Below are positions 1 through 10,071 of a stretch of DNA of 64,000 nucleotides, one piece after another; within the stretch, counting starts at the first letter, position 1, and each line of letters starts with the position of its first letter. The position numbers and the translations under genes are program-made. Source of the DNA: an uncultured Eubacteriales bacterium (GTDB lineage Bacteria > Acidobacteriota > Aminicenantia > Aminicenantales > Aminicenantaceae); the NCBI GenBank assembly GCA_964540205.1, contig CAZIMJ010000163.1:2847-66846 (forward strand). The letters run 5' to 3'. The notes under the pieces were generated by a model. It searched no databases. It was not told the origin of the DNA and saw only the letters and a list, made by a program, of their open reading frames with translations.

Positions 1-221
1 GAGGCGCCGGCCCATGAAGTTGTGGTCGTCCACCACGAATGAGCCGCAACGAAGCAGATACGGTGAGATCAGCTCGCCCTAGGGGCAAAAATGTCGATTA
101 TATATAGATCCGACATAGAAAACGTAACGATTATTGAACTAATCCGAAAAATCAAAGCAATATATAAATATCATATTAGTTATAATAGGTATCGACATTT
201 TTTATGAATAGTCAAGGTTGA

Positions 222-779
<558 letters not shown>

Positions 780-797
780 ATTGTCCCCTACGAGTTC

Positions 798-2939
798 TCA
801 GGTCTTTCCCAGAGCCTTAAGAACTTTTTCCGGAGTGATTGGGGTGGCATAAAAGCGAACTCCGATCGCATGGTACACAGCATTAGCGATCGCAGCCACC
901 GTGGGAATGACCGGTAATTCACCACATCCTCTCGGTTTCCCGGGTCTTTCATTGTCGAGGAACTGAAGCTTAATCTCAGGAGTATCAGAAAAACGTGGAA
1001 CACCATAATCCGTCAGAAACTCTGTGTAGACACTGTGTCCGTCGAGCTTCACTTCTTCACGGAGAACCCAACCCAAGCCCCAAATGATCCCTCCTCGAAT
1101 GGTAGTCGTCACTGTGCGATGATTGATGATCGTGCCGATGTCGAATGCCGCACAGATCTCCTTAACATGAACCTTTCCTGTCTTGCGGTCGACTTTCACA
1201 TGGGCCGCAGCGACACCCATTTGCCTGGCTCCATGATTGCAGAGACCGATGCCAATCCCCTCATCGGGCCCGAGCCCGCTCCTCGGGTATTGGATCATAT
1301 CCGCACATGCATCGATCAGAGGTATAAAAGATTCCAACGCCACATTGTTGCGACGGAACTCAAACGGATCATGTCCAATGGCCCTAGCCACCATATCTAT
1401 ATGACTCTCCTGAGCGAAGCCGATCTGGACATAACTGGTACCCCGGGAGTTGGCTTGATTGACCGGCATCTCCGTCCTGTAGTGTTTGATAAGGATGTGA
1501 GGAGCGGCATAAGTATCCCGCGTTCCTTCGCCCAGGTCTTGGTAAATATCGAGTTTTCTTGCCTGCAGCCTTCCGTCAGTTCCAACTCCCGTTGAAAAAT
1601 CGAAGACACAAGCCATCTTGAACGACCCCCTTTTCTGAAATTGATTCTTCCGGCTGTAGATCACTTTAACGGGCGCTCCGACTCTCCTGGACAAGTCGGC
1701 TGCCTCCTGACTGACAGGTGGAGCAACCTTCCCACCGAATGCACCTCCTACGGGAGTATGAATAAAATGAATCGCAGACTCCGGAAGGTTAAGGTTTAGT
1801 GAGGCAAGCTCTCTCACTCTATGCGGATACTGTGACCCGGACCATATGGTGACTTCATTCCCCCCGGGTTCCATCTTTGCCAGAGCACTGTATGTCTCGA
1901 TCGGTGCCCAGGCAGTGTAATGGGTTCGGTACGTTTCGGTGACAGTCTTATAACTCGATGCCAGCCCCGCATTAACATCTCCTGTTTGTTCCTTGATCTC
2001 TTGAAAGACTGCTCCTGCGCGGATCTCTTGCTCTACACGCAGTTTTTTGGGGCGGTAGGGCTTTTCGCATACGGATTTAACTCGAGCGAGAGCCTTAACA
2101 ACATCGTTGTAGCGCTCGGCGACAGCCACAACTTTGCTGCCGATCCTTTCCACTCTCGAAACTCCAGATGTTGCTTGTGCATCTGATAGATCCACTGATT
2201 TCAGGCGTGTGAGTTTTCTATGATAGGGAGGAATATGCCAGTCTGCATAAAGTGTTCCAGGGAGCTTGAGGTCACCCGCATATTTAAGAGTGCCTGTGAC
2301 GATCGATTCTGCATTGACATTATCGAGACCGAGGTCTTTGTATTCTAGTGTGACTCGATCAGAAGAAGAGGCCTGCGGATCCAACGTCATGTATACAATC
2401 TCGCCCCTGCCGGTCTCAACCGGTTTTATGACTTGCTCGAGTTCTTTCTTCGAGCGAATGACTCCACCTTTATATATCAGATCCTTGACCTGTAATTTAT
2501 GTGTTTTCGCCGCTCTCAGGATGATGTCCTTACGGAGCTGCAGGCAGGCCTCCCAAATTCCCCAAGCCACCTGTTCGGTTGCCGAACTTCCAACAGTCGG
2601 TCCATGGTCAGGGCAGACGTCCGTATTTCCAAGGATGATCTCTAATCGATTACTCGGAATATCCAGTCCTTGGGTCACAATAGCAGTGAGAACCGTTTCG
2701 AATCCTTGGCCCAATTCTGTTCGGCCTGCCAACACCGTCACACTGCCATCTTCATGGAAGACAAAACAGTCAAGGTAATTTGTGTCCAATGCATAAAACC
2801 GGCATTCAATGTCTTCGTTGCCGGCAGGCCAGGGCTCGGAGTCAATTTTCTGCATTCCTGAGCCGGGGACATAAGACACAACATACAGGAGACATGAACT
2901 CCCTAAGGACCTGAGGAATTGACGGCGTGTGACTTCCAT
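798..2939 (-). CDS. Molybdopterin-dependent hydroxylase large (Mo-binding) subunit, IorB/aldehyde oxidoreductase-like, with a twin-arginine signal peptide
   Basis: About 713 aa after trimming to MEVTRRQFLRSLGSS (a Tat motif). Xanthine-dehydrogenase-family Mo-binding domain similarity runs throughout. The gene lies directly downstream of a 2Fe-2S subunit gene. Confidence 0.75.
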   Translation of the reverse strand: MEVTRRQFLRSLGSSCLLYVVSYVPGSGMQKIDSEPWPAGNEDIECRFYALDTNYLDCFVFHEDGSVTVLAGRTELGQGFETVLTAIVTQGLDIPSNRLEIILGNTDVCPDHGPTVGSSATEQVAWGIWEACLQLRKDIILRAAKTHKLQVKDLIYKGGVIRSKKELEQVIKPVETGRGEIVYMTLDPQASSSDRVTLEYKDLGLDNVNAESIVTGTLKYAGDLKLPGTLYADWHIPPYHRKLTRLKSVDLSDAQATSGVSRVERIGSKVVAVAERYNDVVKALARVKSVCEKPYRPKKLRVEQEIRAGAVFQEIKEQTGDVNAGLASSYKTVTETYRTHYTAWAPIETYSALAKMEPGGNEVTIWSGSQYPHRVRELASLNLNLPESAIHFIHTPVGGAFGGKVAPPVSQEAADLSRRVGAPVKVIYSRKNQFQKRGSFKMACVFDFSTGVGTDGRLQARKLDIYQDLGEGTRDTYAAPHILIKHYRTEMPVNQANSRGTSYVQIGFAQESHIDMVARAIGHDPFEFRRNNVALESFIPLIDACADMIQYPRSGLGPDEGIGIGLCNHGARQMGVAAAHVKVDRKTGKVHVKEICAAFDIGTIINHRTVTTTIRGGIIWGLGWVLREEVKLDGHSVYTEFLTDYGVPRFSDTPEIKLQFLDNERPGKPRGCGELPVIPTVAAIANAVYHAIGVRFYATPITPEKVLKALGKT

Positions 2940-2955
2940 TGGTTTTATTTCACTT

Positions 2956-3468
2956 TTATGGAGATGGTTTTGATCCGTTAGTGAATGCCAAAATGGCCTC
3001 GATGACATTGGGGTACGAGCCGCAGCGGCAGAGATTGTTGTCCATGGCTTCGATGATCTCCTCCCGCGTTGGATTCGGATTAAGTGCCAACAGGGCTGTT
3101 GCTGTGATGATCATCCCAGGAGTGCAAAAACCGCAGCCAAAAGCTGTGTATTCGACAAAGGCCTTCTGGAGGGGAGAAAGGTTCTCCCTTGTTCCCAACC
3201 CTTCTATCGTGACGATCTTCTGCCCGGAGGATACATTCTGGACCTGAACCCGACAGGAACGTCGAGCTATGCCATCGATGAGTACAGAACAGGCCCCGCA
3301 CTCCCCCACTCCGCAACCGAATTTCGTTCCGGTTAGATCAAAGTCATCTCGGAGGATCCAGAGCAGAGGTTCATCGGTCTCAGTCTTTACCCTGCGTTTC
3401 TTACCGTTGACATTCAGTGTGAACCAAGCTTTTGCCAATTCATTATCTCCAGAGAGAAGACCGAACAA
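2956..3468 (-). CDS. (2Fe-2S)-binding small subunit of the Mo-hydroxylase (CoxS/IorA-like)
   Basis: Motifs CGVGECGACSV and CGFCTPG are present, and its 170 aa are typical for this subunit. It is the upstream gene of a two-gene operon with the large subunit. No FAD-binding (CoxM-like) subunit is present. Confidence 0.8.
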   Translation of the reverse strand: MFGLLSGDNELAKAWFTLNVNGKKRRVKTETDEPLLWILRDDFDLTGTKFGCGVGECGACSVLIDGIARRSCRVQVQNVSSGQKIVTIEGLGTRENLSPLQKAFVEYTAFGCGFCTPGMIITATALLALNPNPTREEIIEAMDNNLCRCGSYPNVIEAILAFTNGSKPSP

Positions 3469-3691
3469 TCACCTTTCTTTCTAACATATGAATCCAGATC
3501 AGTCAATTATATGCGAGGTATATTTTCCGGCTAACCTATTGAAAAAACACAAATAACGGCTTAGTGTGGGCAGGTTTCATTAATGAAATGGGTCAAATCC
3601 CATTTTTCTCTCTTGTATCGTCATCGAAATTCGACTAAATTAATGGTAGACAATTTAAACGTGACCGAATGAAATCGGGCGTACGGGGTGA

Positions 3692-4054
3692 TTGACTATG
3701 GATTTTTTTGATTCATCGGGATTAGCAGTCGCTTACTGCGAGGACCATGTTCATATTTTCCTGTACCATGGAGAACCGGTGGCCTACTTTGAGGGAGACT
3801 GCGTGTATTCCTATTCGGGCGGGCATTTGGGATGGCGCCACGAGGGCTGGATTATCGATCATGACGGCAACTATTATCTTTTCTCAGATCAGGCAGCAGG
3901 AGGACTTGTGAAACCAGCGACTCAAAGTACTCCCACTAAGGGACCGATGGAGCGTTTACCTGAAAAGCAAATAAGACAGTTCGAACCTTTGAGGCCACCC
4001 ACAAGCTCTAAGTGGTCTAAACTTTCGGCGAAAGAATTTTTCCAACTCGAGTAA
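3692..4054 (+). CDS. Hypothetical protein
   Basis: 120-aa ORF with no recognisable domain. Internal HLGWRHEGWIIDHDGNYYLF-type repeat. Confidence 0.3.
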   Translation: MTMDFFDSSGLAVAYCEDHVHIFLYHGEPVAYFEGDCVYSYSGGHLGWRHEGWIIDHDGNYYLFSDQAAGGLVKPATQSTPTKGPMERLPEKQIRQFEPLRPPTSSKWSKLSAKEFFQLE

Positions 4055-4251
4055 TCCTAGGATTTTTCTGACAATTCTCGAATGTAGTGTATGATTTATC
4101 TCGCCAATGCCCCCCTGATCGAATTCATCACAAACTTTTTTCGTTGACATATTAAAGTATATTTAAATAATAGGTCATATAGAGAATTCAGAAAAGATAT
4201 CATGTGGATGCCAAATGTATGGCTTCCAAAATTGAGAAGGAGAGGTTAAGG

Positions 4252-5472
4252 ATGAAAGAAACAAAACGTATAGGGAGAAGAAGCTTTATCAAGGCTGGAG
4301 CAAGCAGCCTCGTCGGAGCGGCAGTGCTTCCTTCTTATTTGAAGAGTAAAAGCAGAGAGGCTGTTCCAAGATCTGGAAAAAGAGATAATTTCATATACAG
4401 GAAGCTGGGAAAAACCGGTCTTGAGCTACCGATAGTCAGCATGGGAGTTATGAACGCAGAAAACCCAAATCTAGTGGCGGCTGCACTGGATGCGGGCATC
4501 GTCCATTTGGATACGGCTCACGGTTACCAGAGGGGAAAAAACGAAGAAATGATTGGACGAGTTATAAAAAACCGCAATAGGGACTCCTTTGTTATTGGAA
4601 CAAAAATCACTTACCCACAGGATCGAGAAACTGGGATGTTTCTCCCCGAGACGAGTGTGGAGTCATTCCAGGGAAAATTTGATATCAGCCTCAAGAGATT
4701 GGGCTTAGAGTACGTGGATATTTTGTATATCCATGGTGTTTCGGCCAGAGAGACCGTCTTTTGCGAGCCAGCCATAAAGTTCCTGGAAAAGGCCAAAAAG
4801 GAAGGGAAGGCCCGGTTCGGCGGATTTAGCACACACAAAAACGAGCACGAAGTCATTAAAGCCGCTGTCGAGAGTAAGGCATATGATGTTATTCTCACTA
4901 CCTACAATTTTAAGCAGCAGAATCGGGTTGAGCTCCAGAAGGCTATTGCCAAAGCCGCAGATGCGGGAATAGGTATCGTGGCCATGAAAACCCTGGCTGG
5001 TGTGTACTGGGACAAAGAAAAGCAGAATCCGATCAATATAAGAGCAGCACTCAAATGGGCCCTCCAAAACGAGAATATCCACACGTCGATTCCTGGGATG
5101 ACAGCTTTCGATCAATTGGAAGCCGATATTTCTGTGATGGAAGACTTGACACTGACACCTGAAGAGAAGACGGACCTCCGTCTGGATGAGAGCCAGACGC
5201 TTGCCGGACTCTATTGCCAGCAGTGTGACGTGTGCCGTGGGCAGTGTTCAAAAGCTGTGGACATTCCCACGTTCATGAGGAGCTATATGTACGCTTATGG
5301 ATACCGAAATACTGGACTGGCGCAGGAGACTCTGAGCAGTCTGGAGCTTTCTTCTCTTGCCTGCAACGATTGCACGAACTGCAGCGTCCGCTGTTCCATG
5401 GGATTCGATGTGCGCGGCAAGATATTGGATATCGCACGCCTTAAGGACATCCCCAGCGAATTCCTCACCTAA
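4252..5472 (+). CDS. Aldo/keto reductase with an N-terminal Tat signal and a C-terminal two-[4Fe-4S]-cluster ferredoxin-like domain
   Basis: RBS aaggagagg is followed by ATG at 4252 (MKETKRIGRRSFIKAGASS). The body shows AKR-fold similarity. The C-terminus carries CQQCDVCRGQC…CNDCTNCSVRC. Confidence 0.7.
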   Translation: MKETKRIGRRSFIKAGASSLVGAAVLPSYLKSKSREAVPRSGKRDNFIYRKLGKTGLELPIVSMGVMNAENPNLVAAALDAGIVHLDTAHGYQRGKNEEMIGRVIKNRNRDSFVIGTKITYPQDRETGMFLPETSVESFQGKFDISLKRLGLEYVDILYIHGVSARETVFCEPAIKFLEKAKKEGKARFGGFSTHKNEHEVIKAAVESKAYDVILTTYNFKQQNRVELQKAIAKAADAGIGIVAMKTLAGVYWDKEKQNPINIRAALKWALQNENIHTSIPGMTAFDQLEADISVMEDLTLTPEEKTDLRLDESQTLAGLYCQQCDVCRGQCSKAVDIPTFMRSYMYAYGYRNTGLAQETLSSLELSSLACNDCTNCSVRCSMGFDVRGKILDIARLKDIPSEFLT

Positions 5473-5491
5473 CATAATGGAAAACTGAGGA

Positions 5492-6697
5492 TCAGTAGTC
5501 GGAGGTCATTATAAAGAGCGGTTTATAGTGGAAGCTCTTATAGTATGGGCGTAGCCGTTTTGTGTTGTAGTACTTGGCCACATCCACCACCTTCTTGGTG
5601 CTGGTCACGACCTCGATGGGAACATTGTCGTATTTTCCGTTGCGTAGGCAGACCATTCGGCCAGACGTGCCATCCAGGATGAGGTCCAGGGCCAGATTCC
5701 CGAAGGCCATGGGAACGATGGAATCGATGGCATCGGGATCGCCGCAGCGGACAAGATAGCTGAGGCGCTGATTGATGATGTTGATGGGCCTGCCCCGGTT
5801 ATAGGAAGGAGATATCTCCTTCAGCTGCCTTGAGATCAGGTCGCCGATCCCTCCCAGCTTTTTGTGGCCGAACATATCTGCGTCATCATTCTCGAAGACC
5901 ATCTCTCCGCCCTTGAACATAGCGCCTTCAGAGACCAGCACGACAGAATAGCGGCTGGGATTGGTCATGCGGTCCTGGGCCAATAGCTCGCAGAGCTGAT
6001 TGATGTCGAACTTGTATTCAGGAATGACACAACGATTGGCTGCTCCGGCCATGGTGGGAAGAAGGGCAGTTAAGCCCGCATAACGTCCAAAGACTTCGAT
6101 AACCAGGAAACGCTCATGCGATCCGGCTGTGGTCCGGAGTGCATGTGTCATACTTATAGTGCGGGTTACGCAGGTGCTGAAGCCGATACAGTAATCCGTC
6201 CCGGGGACATCGTTGTCCATGGTCTTGGGGACAGCGATCACTTTGACACCCTCTTGGTGAAGCCGGGCTCCATAACTCAGAGTGTCGTCTCCCCCAATGG
6301 GAATAAGATAATCGATCCCGAGATGATCGATGTTTTTTAGCACTTCCGGTGTTAAATCGTTGATTTTCTCCCCATATGTATCTCTCAGGTGATGAGGGAC
6401 ATTGACGTCGGGTACGTGACTGGGTCGAGTGCGGGAGGTATGAAGGAAAGTACCGCCGGTGCGTCCCACTTTGTTCACGATCTCTTCGGTCAGGACCAGG
6501 CAGTGGTCCTCATGCGGCATCTCATCATCCCGGGACATTTCGACAAGTCCTGCCCAGCCTTGGCGAATGCCGATGACTTTGTAGCCTTCACGGAGCGCCC
6601 TGATCGTGATCGCCCGTATGGCGGGATTTAATCCCGGGACATCTCCTCCCCCCGTTAAAATTCCGATAACGCCTTTTTTCTTTTTTACGTTTGCCAC
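5492..6697 (-). CDS. 6-phosphofructokinase with PPi-dependent-type active-site signature
   Basis: PFK motifs GGDDTLSYG and PKTMDNDV are present. These correspond to the D/K substitutions at the positions equivalent to E. coli G104/G124, which are diagnostic of PPi-PFK. GTG start with a weak SD. Confidence 0.75.
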   Translation of the reverse strand: MANVKKKKGVIGILTGGGDVPGLNPAIRAITIRALREGYKVIGIRQGWAGLVEMSRDDEMPHEDHCLVLTEEIVNKVGRTGGTFLHTSRTRPSHVPDVNVPHHLRDTYGEKINDLTPEVLKNIDHLGIDYLIPIGGDDTLSYGARLHQEGVKVIAVPKTMDNDVPGTDYCIGFSTCVTRTISMTHALRTTAGSHERFLVIEVFGRYAGLTALLPTMAGAANRCVIPEYKFDINQLCELLAQDRMTNPSRYSVVLVSEGAMFKGGEMVFENDDADMFGHKKLGGIGDLISRQLKEISPSYNRGRPINIINQRLSYLVRCGDPDAIDSIVPMAFGNLALDLILDGTSGRMVCLRNGKYDNVPIEVVTSTKKVVDVAKYYNTKRLRPYYKSFHYKPLFIMTSDY

Positions 6698-6913
6698 AAG
6701 AATCGTCCTTTGAGTTCATATTTTTTTATTGATGACCAGTCTGAAAAACTCTGGTTCAGTGAGAAAAGCGGAGCACTTTCTTCTCGAGAGGAATCGCCTG
6801 CCAGCTATCTTTTCTCATTCAAAAACCAGACACTCAAACTTGATAACATAGTATAGATGTACCCCCTGCATTTTTCCAGAGGAAAAATAAAATTGTACCA
6901 AGCACAATAAATA

Positions 6914-7969
6914 TTAAAAGCGGAAGGATAGTCCAAACCTCAGCTGGAAACCCGAAAGGTCGAGTTCGAAGTCTTTGAGTCTGTCTTCCTCTGAGTTATC
7001 CGGCCAATAGCTTGTAGGAACTTCGGTTTCGAGTTCACCCCAAGTGGCTGCAACTGTTTCGCTCTTTATGCCCCACCGCGCTTCCCAGGTCGCACTTCTT
7101 CCGTTCCTCTCCTCTCTTCCAGAGCCCGAGATAGACTTAACGGCTTGATAGGCATAACTGGCCTCTAGAAAGATCTCGAAACTCCGAATTATGGGATAGC
7201 TGAGCCGTCCTCCCAGATCGAGAGCAATGCCAGTCCCTGATCCCTCTTCTTCTAGCACTCCGGTGCTGCTATAGGTTATATATCTATAATCTGGGCCCTC
7301 AGTCACCCACTCATAACTCCAATCGGAGAGATATCGACAATTAGCAAACATGGGACCCGCACATACAAATCCCTCCAATACAAGTGAATTTTTCATTTTT
7401 TTCAAGATGTGGAATCCAAGCGTGGGCATATAAGCTTTAGCGGAAAGGGAGTAAGGAGAATATCTGATCCTCTCATTATACCTTTCATCCGACAATTCAT
7501 TCCGGAAATACTGAAAGTCTAAATCCATTGTTTGCGTGCTCGACATGTACTTGAATCCTAAAGAGAGGGCGATCGTCTTGCTGAGATAGTATTTAAGCCG
7601 CCCGCCTATAGGATAGGAACGCCGGATCTCTTTCCTTTCTTCACCTTGGTTTTTTGTCCAGGATTCGAGTTGATCTGTAGCAACAAGATAATCAAAATAG
7701 GAATCGTACGAAAATTCCTGCATCCTGTTGTCGTGGCTGACAAAAAGATTTAAATCCGAAGGATTTAGAAAAATGATCCCGCCATAAAGCTCTACCTGGA
7801 ACCTGTCAAATGAACGGATGGCATCGATGTCCTCAGACCGCGGAAAAGCGGACTTTGCTTCATTAATCTTTTTGTCATTCTCACTTTCCGCCCAAGTTTT
7901 TAAAGGATTGATTACCCAAAAGAGAAGAACCAAGAAAATTGTGAGTCCGGTCTTTACTTTTTTCAACAT
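6914..7969 (-). CDS. Outer-membrane beta-barrel protein (hypothetical)
   Basis: Signal peptide MLKKVKTGLTIFLVLLFWV. The body is rich in alternating aromatic residues. The C-terminal …LSFRF ends in Phe, as expected for an OMP. It sits directly downstream of the S10 peptidase gene, which ends at 8012. Confidence 0.45.
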   Translation of the reverse strand: MLKKVKTGLTIFLVLLFWVINPLKTWAESENDKKINEAKSAFPRSEDIDAIRSFDRFQVELYGGIIFLNPSDLNLFVSHDNRMQEFSYDSYFDYLVATDQLESWTKNQGEERKEIRRSYPIGGRLKYYLSKTIALSLGFKYMSSTQTMDLDFQYFRNELSDERYNERIRYSPYSLSAKAYMPTLGFHILKKMKNSLVLEGFVCAGPMFANCRYLSDWSYEWVTEGPDYRYITYSSTGVLEEEGSGTGIALDLGGRLSYPIIRSFEIFLEASYAYQAVKSISGSGREERNGRSATWEARWGIKSETVAATWGELETEVPTSYWPDNSEEDRLKDFELDLSGFQLRFGLSFRF

Positions 7970-8011
7970 AATATCTATTCGGCAGTTATACATCGTTTCC
8001 TCCACCATCAC

Positions 8012-9730
8012 CTACTCGATATCGATCCCTTTATTTTTGAGCCAACTTGAAACATCGGCAAAGAAATCTTCAGGCTGAGTGAGAGAGACCGCATGACAGC
8101 TTTCGCTGTAGAGGGGAAATCTTATGACTCTCGTGTCGAGCCCCTGGATATCTGGAAATGCGGAAGGTCTGTAGTTCAGGATGATCTTTCCCGGACGTTC
8201 TTCTCCATCAGTTGATCGTTTCACATGCTGGACCGATTCCAAGATGTCCTCATGTTCGGCCAAACTTTGAGGAAGAGCAGCGGTATAAACGACAAGATCA
8301 TAGGCCGCGTTGGTGATGAAGGTCTCCACATAGGCAATATTCTGCAAAAACATTCGCCCGAATCGATTTTCATAATAGTGCACCTCATATCCTCGGACTT
8401 TTGCGACATTTAAGACATGAAACGCCCAGTTTGAGTGGTAGTTTGTAGAGAGAAAGTAGCGGTCCCATGGCTGGAGTATTCCGAAGACAGCAGTCATGTC
8501 TCCAGGCTCTTGCCTCACTGAATTGGCTTCCAGGCGTGCCGAGACCAGAAAATGGTACCTAGTAACGGGGTCTACATCATCATCAGGCATGAGGTCGAAT
8601 GCGTAATCAGTGTCGAATATCCGATAGGCGTTCGACCTCTCTGAAGCATACAGCTCGGGGATCGCAGTCACATCCACACCTGTAACTAAGCTCAAATTCT
8701 GGGTGAATCGAAGACGTGTTGCGGCATTCTGGAAGAATCCATCGAGCCAATCCCTGGGTTTCGGGTAGATATAGAGATCACGTCCGGCCACTTCGTTGAC
8801 AAAAGTGTAGGGATCTTCGTAAATATCGGGATCATAGGGGATCCCGACTTCCTCCCCGATCTGGTAGATAACAGATCCCGGACGATTAAACATCTCTTCT
8901 GTCACTTGCTGGTGGTAGCCAAAGGAACATGTCGGCTGAATCAGGATCTGATGGCCGAATTGACCAGCAACGACTTCCGATGGCACGACCTGTCCTCGAT
9001 ATTGGGGAAAAACGACATCATAATGGGCCTGGATCTCCTGGCTTAAGGATGGATCTTGAAACATTTCTCGTCCGTTCCCATATTCCGCATAATTGAGAAG
9101 GATATGGAGCATGGTCAGCGTGCGCGTCCCCCCATAGCTTTCTCCCACGATGATCACAGGATTATCCTGCAGTTGGGGATGATCTCCCAAAAAGCGCAGG
9201 ACGACACGGATAAAATCAGCCGCATCAAAAAACGAGTTGAAATTCTGAGAGTTAAATTCCCTGAATCTGGCATTATAATCGTTGACGAGCATCATCTGGT
9301 TGTAAGAGAATCCTGCTTGCCTTGCATCAATGTAAAGCAGATTTCCCATCGAAGTCCATGGAACATGATTGGGGATATAGTGATCTCCCCCACCGCTGTC
9401 GATGGTATTATCCAGGGTATACCGGCCTGTGTACATACTCATGAGGCCCGAGCTTGTGGCGCTCCCGGGTCCACCGTTAAAAAAGATAAACAGTGGCTTG
9501 TCTTCGTTCTGATTATCTGCGGCATGAAAGCTGTACCAAATACGTGCCTGGGACGACTGCAAATCCAATCGAGAGAAATAACTCCCGTAATGAAAATAGA
9601 ATGTTATGGGCTCGATGTCGATAAATCCTGCTTCGTTCTGGATGGTCAGGTTTTCCGAACAGCGGAGAGTACCGACATTTGATAGCCCAAATGCCAAAAG
9701 GCACAAAACAATAGAGAATAAACGTTTCAT
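8012..9730 (-). CDS. Secreted serine carboxypeptidase, peptidase family S10-like
   Basis: Signal peptide MKRLFSIVLCLLAFG (ATG at 9730). Motifs FFNGGPGSATSSG and GESYGG match the S10 signatures (NGGPGCSS / GESYAG). Confidence 0.6.
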   Translation of the reverse strand: MKRLFSIVLCLLAFGLSNVGTLRCSENLTIQNEAGFIDIEPITFYFHYGSYFSRLDLQSSQARIWYSFHAADNQNEDKPLFIFFNGGPGSATSSGLMSMYTGRYTLDNTIDSGGGDHYIPNHVPWTSMGNLLYIDARQAGFSYNQMMLVNDYNARFREFNSQNFNSFFDAADFIRVVLRFLGDHPQLQDNPVIIVGESYGGTRTLTMLHILLNYAEYGNGREMFQDPSLSQEIQAHYDVVFPQYRGQVVPSEVVAGQFGHQILIQPTCSFGYHQQVTEEMFNRPGSVIYQIGEEVGIPYDPDIYEDPYTFVNEVAGRDLYIYPKPRDWLDGFFQNAATRLRFTQNLSLVTGVDVTAIPELYASERSNAYRIFDTDYAFDLMPDDDVDPVTRYHFLVSARLEANSVRQEPGDMTAVFGILQPWDRYFLSTNYHSNWAFHVLNVAKVRGYEVHYYENRFGRMFLQNIAYVETFITNAAYDLVVYTAALPQSLAEHEDILESVQHVKRSTDGEERPGKIILNYRPSAFPDIQGLDTRVIRFPLYSESCHAVSLTQPEDFFADVSSWLKNKGIDIE

Positions 9731-9860
9731 TTGTCCTCCCCTAACGATTGGTATGCATAATTCTATATTAGGAGCAGCAAGTATTATGCCAGTTCTTTTC
9801 TCGGGGAAAGGAAGCGCCAATGAAGTGGAAGTGTAATATTTTTTAACAATTTCACAATGG

Positions 9861-9965
9861 GGGACGGGCCACACTAACATATTGATTATCGTACAATTAT
9901 GGTATTTTTTTTCTCAAATAATGCCTTAGAGGGCTCATTTCCATAGCAAAATGATAATTCTAACA
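9861..9965 (-). repeat. Conserved ~105-nt upstream element, copy 1 (leader/promoter region of the S10 peptidase operon)
   Basis: About 88% identical to 12541..12645 (gggacgggccacactaacatattgat…ccatagcaaaat…ttctaaca). Non-coding. Confidence 0.7.
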
Positions 9966-10012
9966 CGAACGGTTCATTTGAGGAATGGATCCTATATAAA
10001 AGGAAGAGACTT

Positions 10013-10071
10013 AAAAAGGGACAGGCTACTTTTTTAATTACCCCTATAAAAAGGTAGCCTGTCCCCTTTTT
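10013..10071 (-). terminator. Intrinsic terminator hairpin downstream of the FtsX-permease gene
   Basis: The sequence reads aaaaagggacaggctac … gtagcctgtcccctttttatt. It has a 12-bp GC-rich stem flanked by A and T runs, immediately after the stop codon at 10070. Confidence 0.75.

Noticed and set aside
1-80. Partial reading frames at the 5' window edge (plus-strand frame ending at TGA 40-42; minus-strand frame open to the edge)
   Set aside because: They are too short to assign, so I cannot tell which strand is coding.
1035-2778. Several 88-186-aa plus-strand ORFs inside the Mo-hydroxylase large-subunit gene
   Set aside because: They are antisense to a confidently identified CDS and have no independent support.
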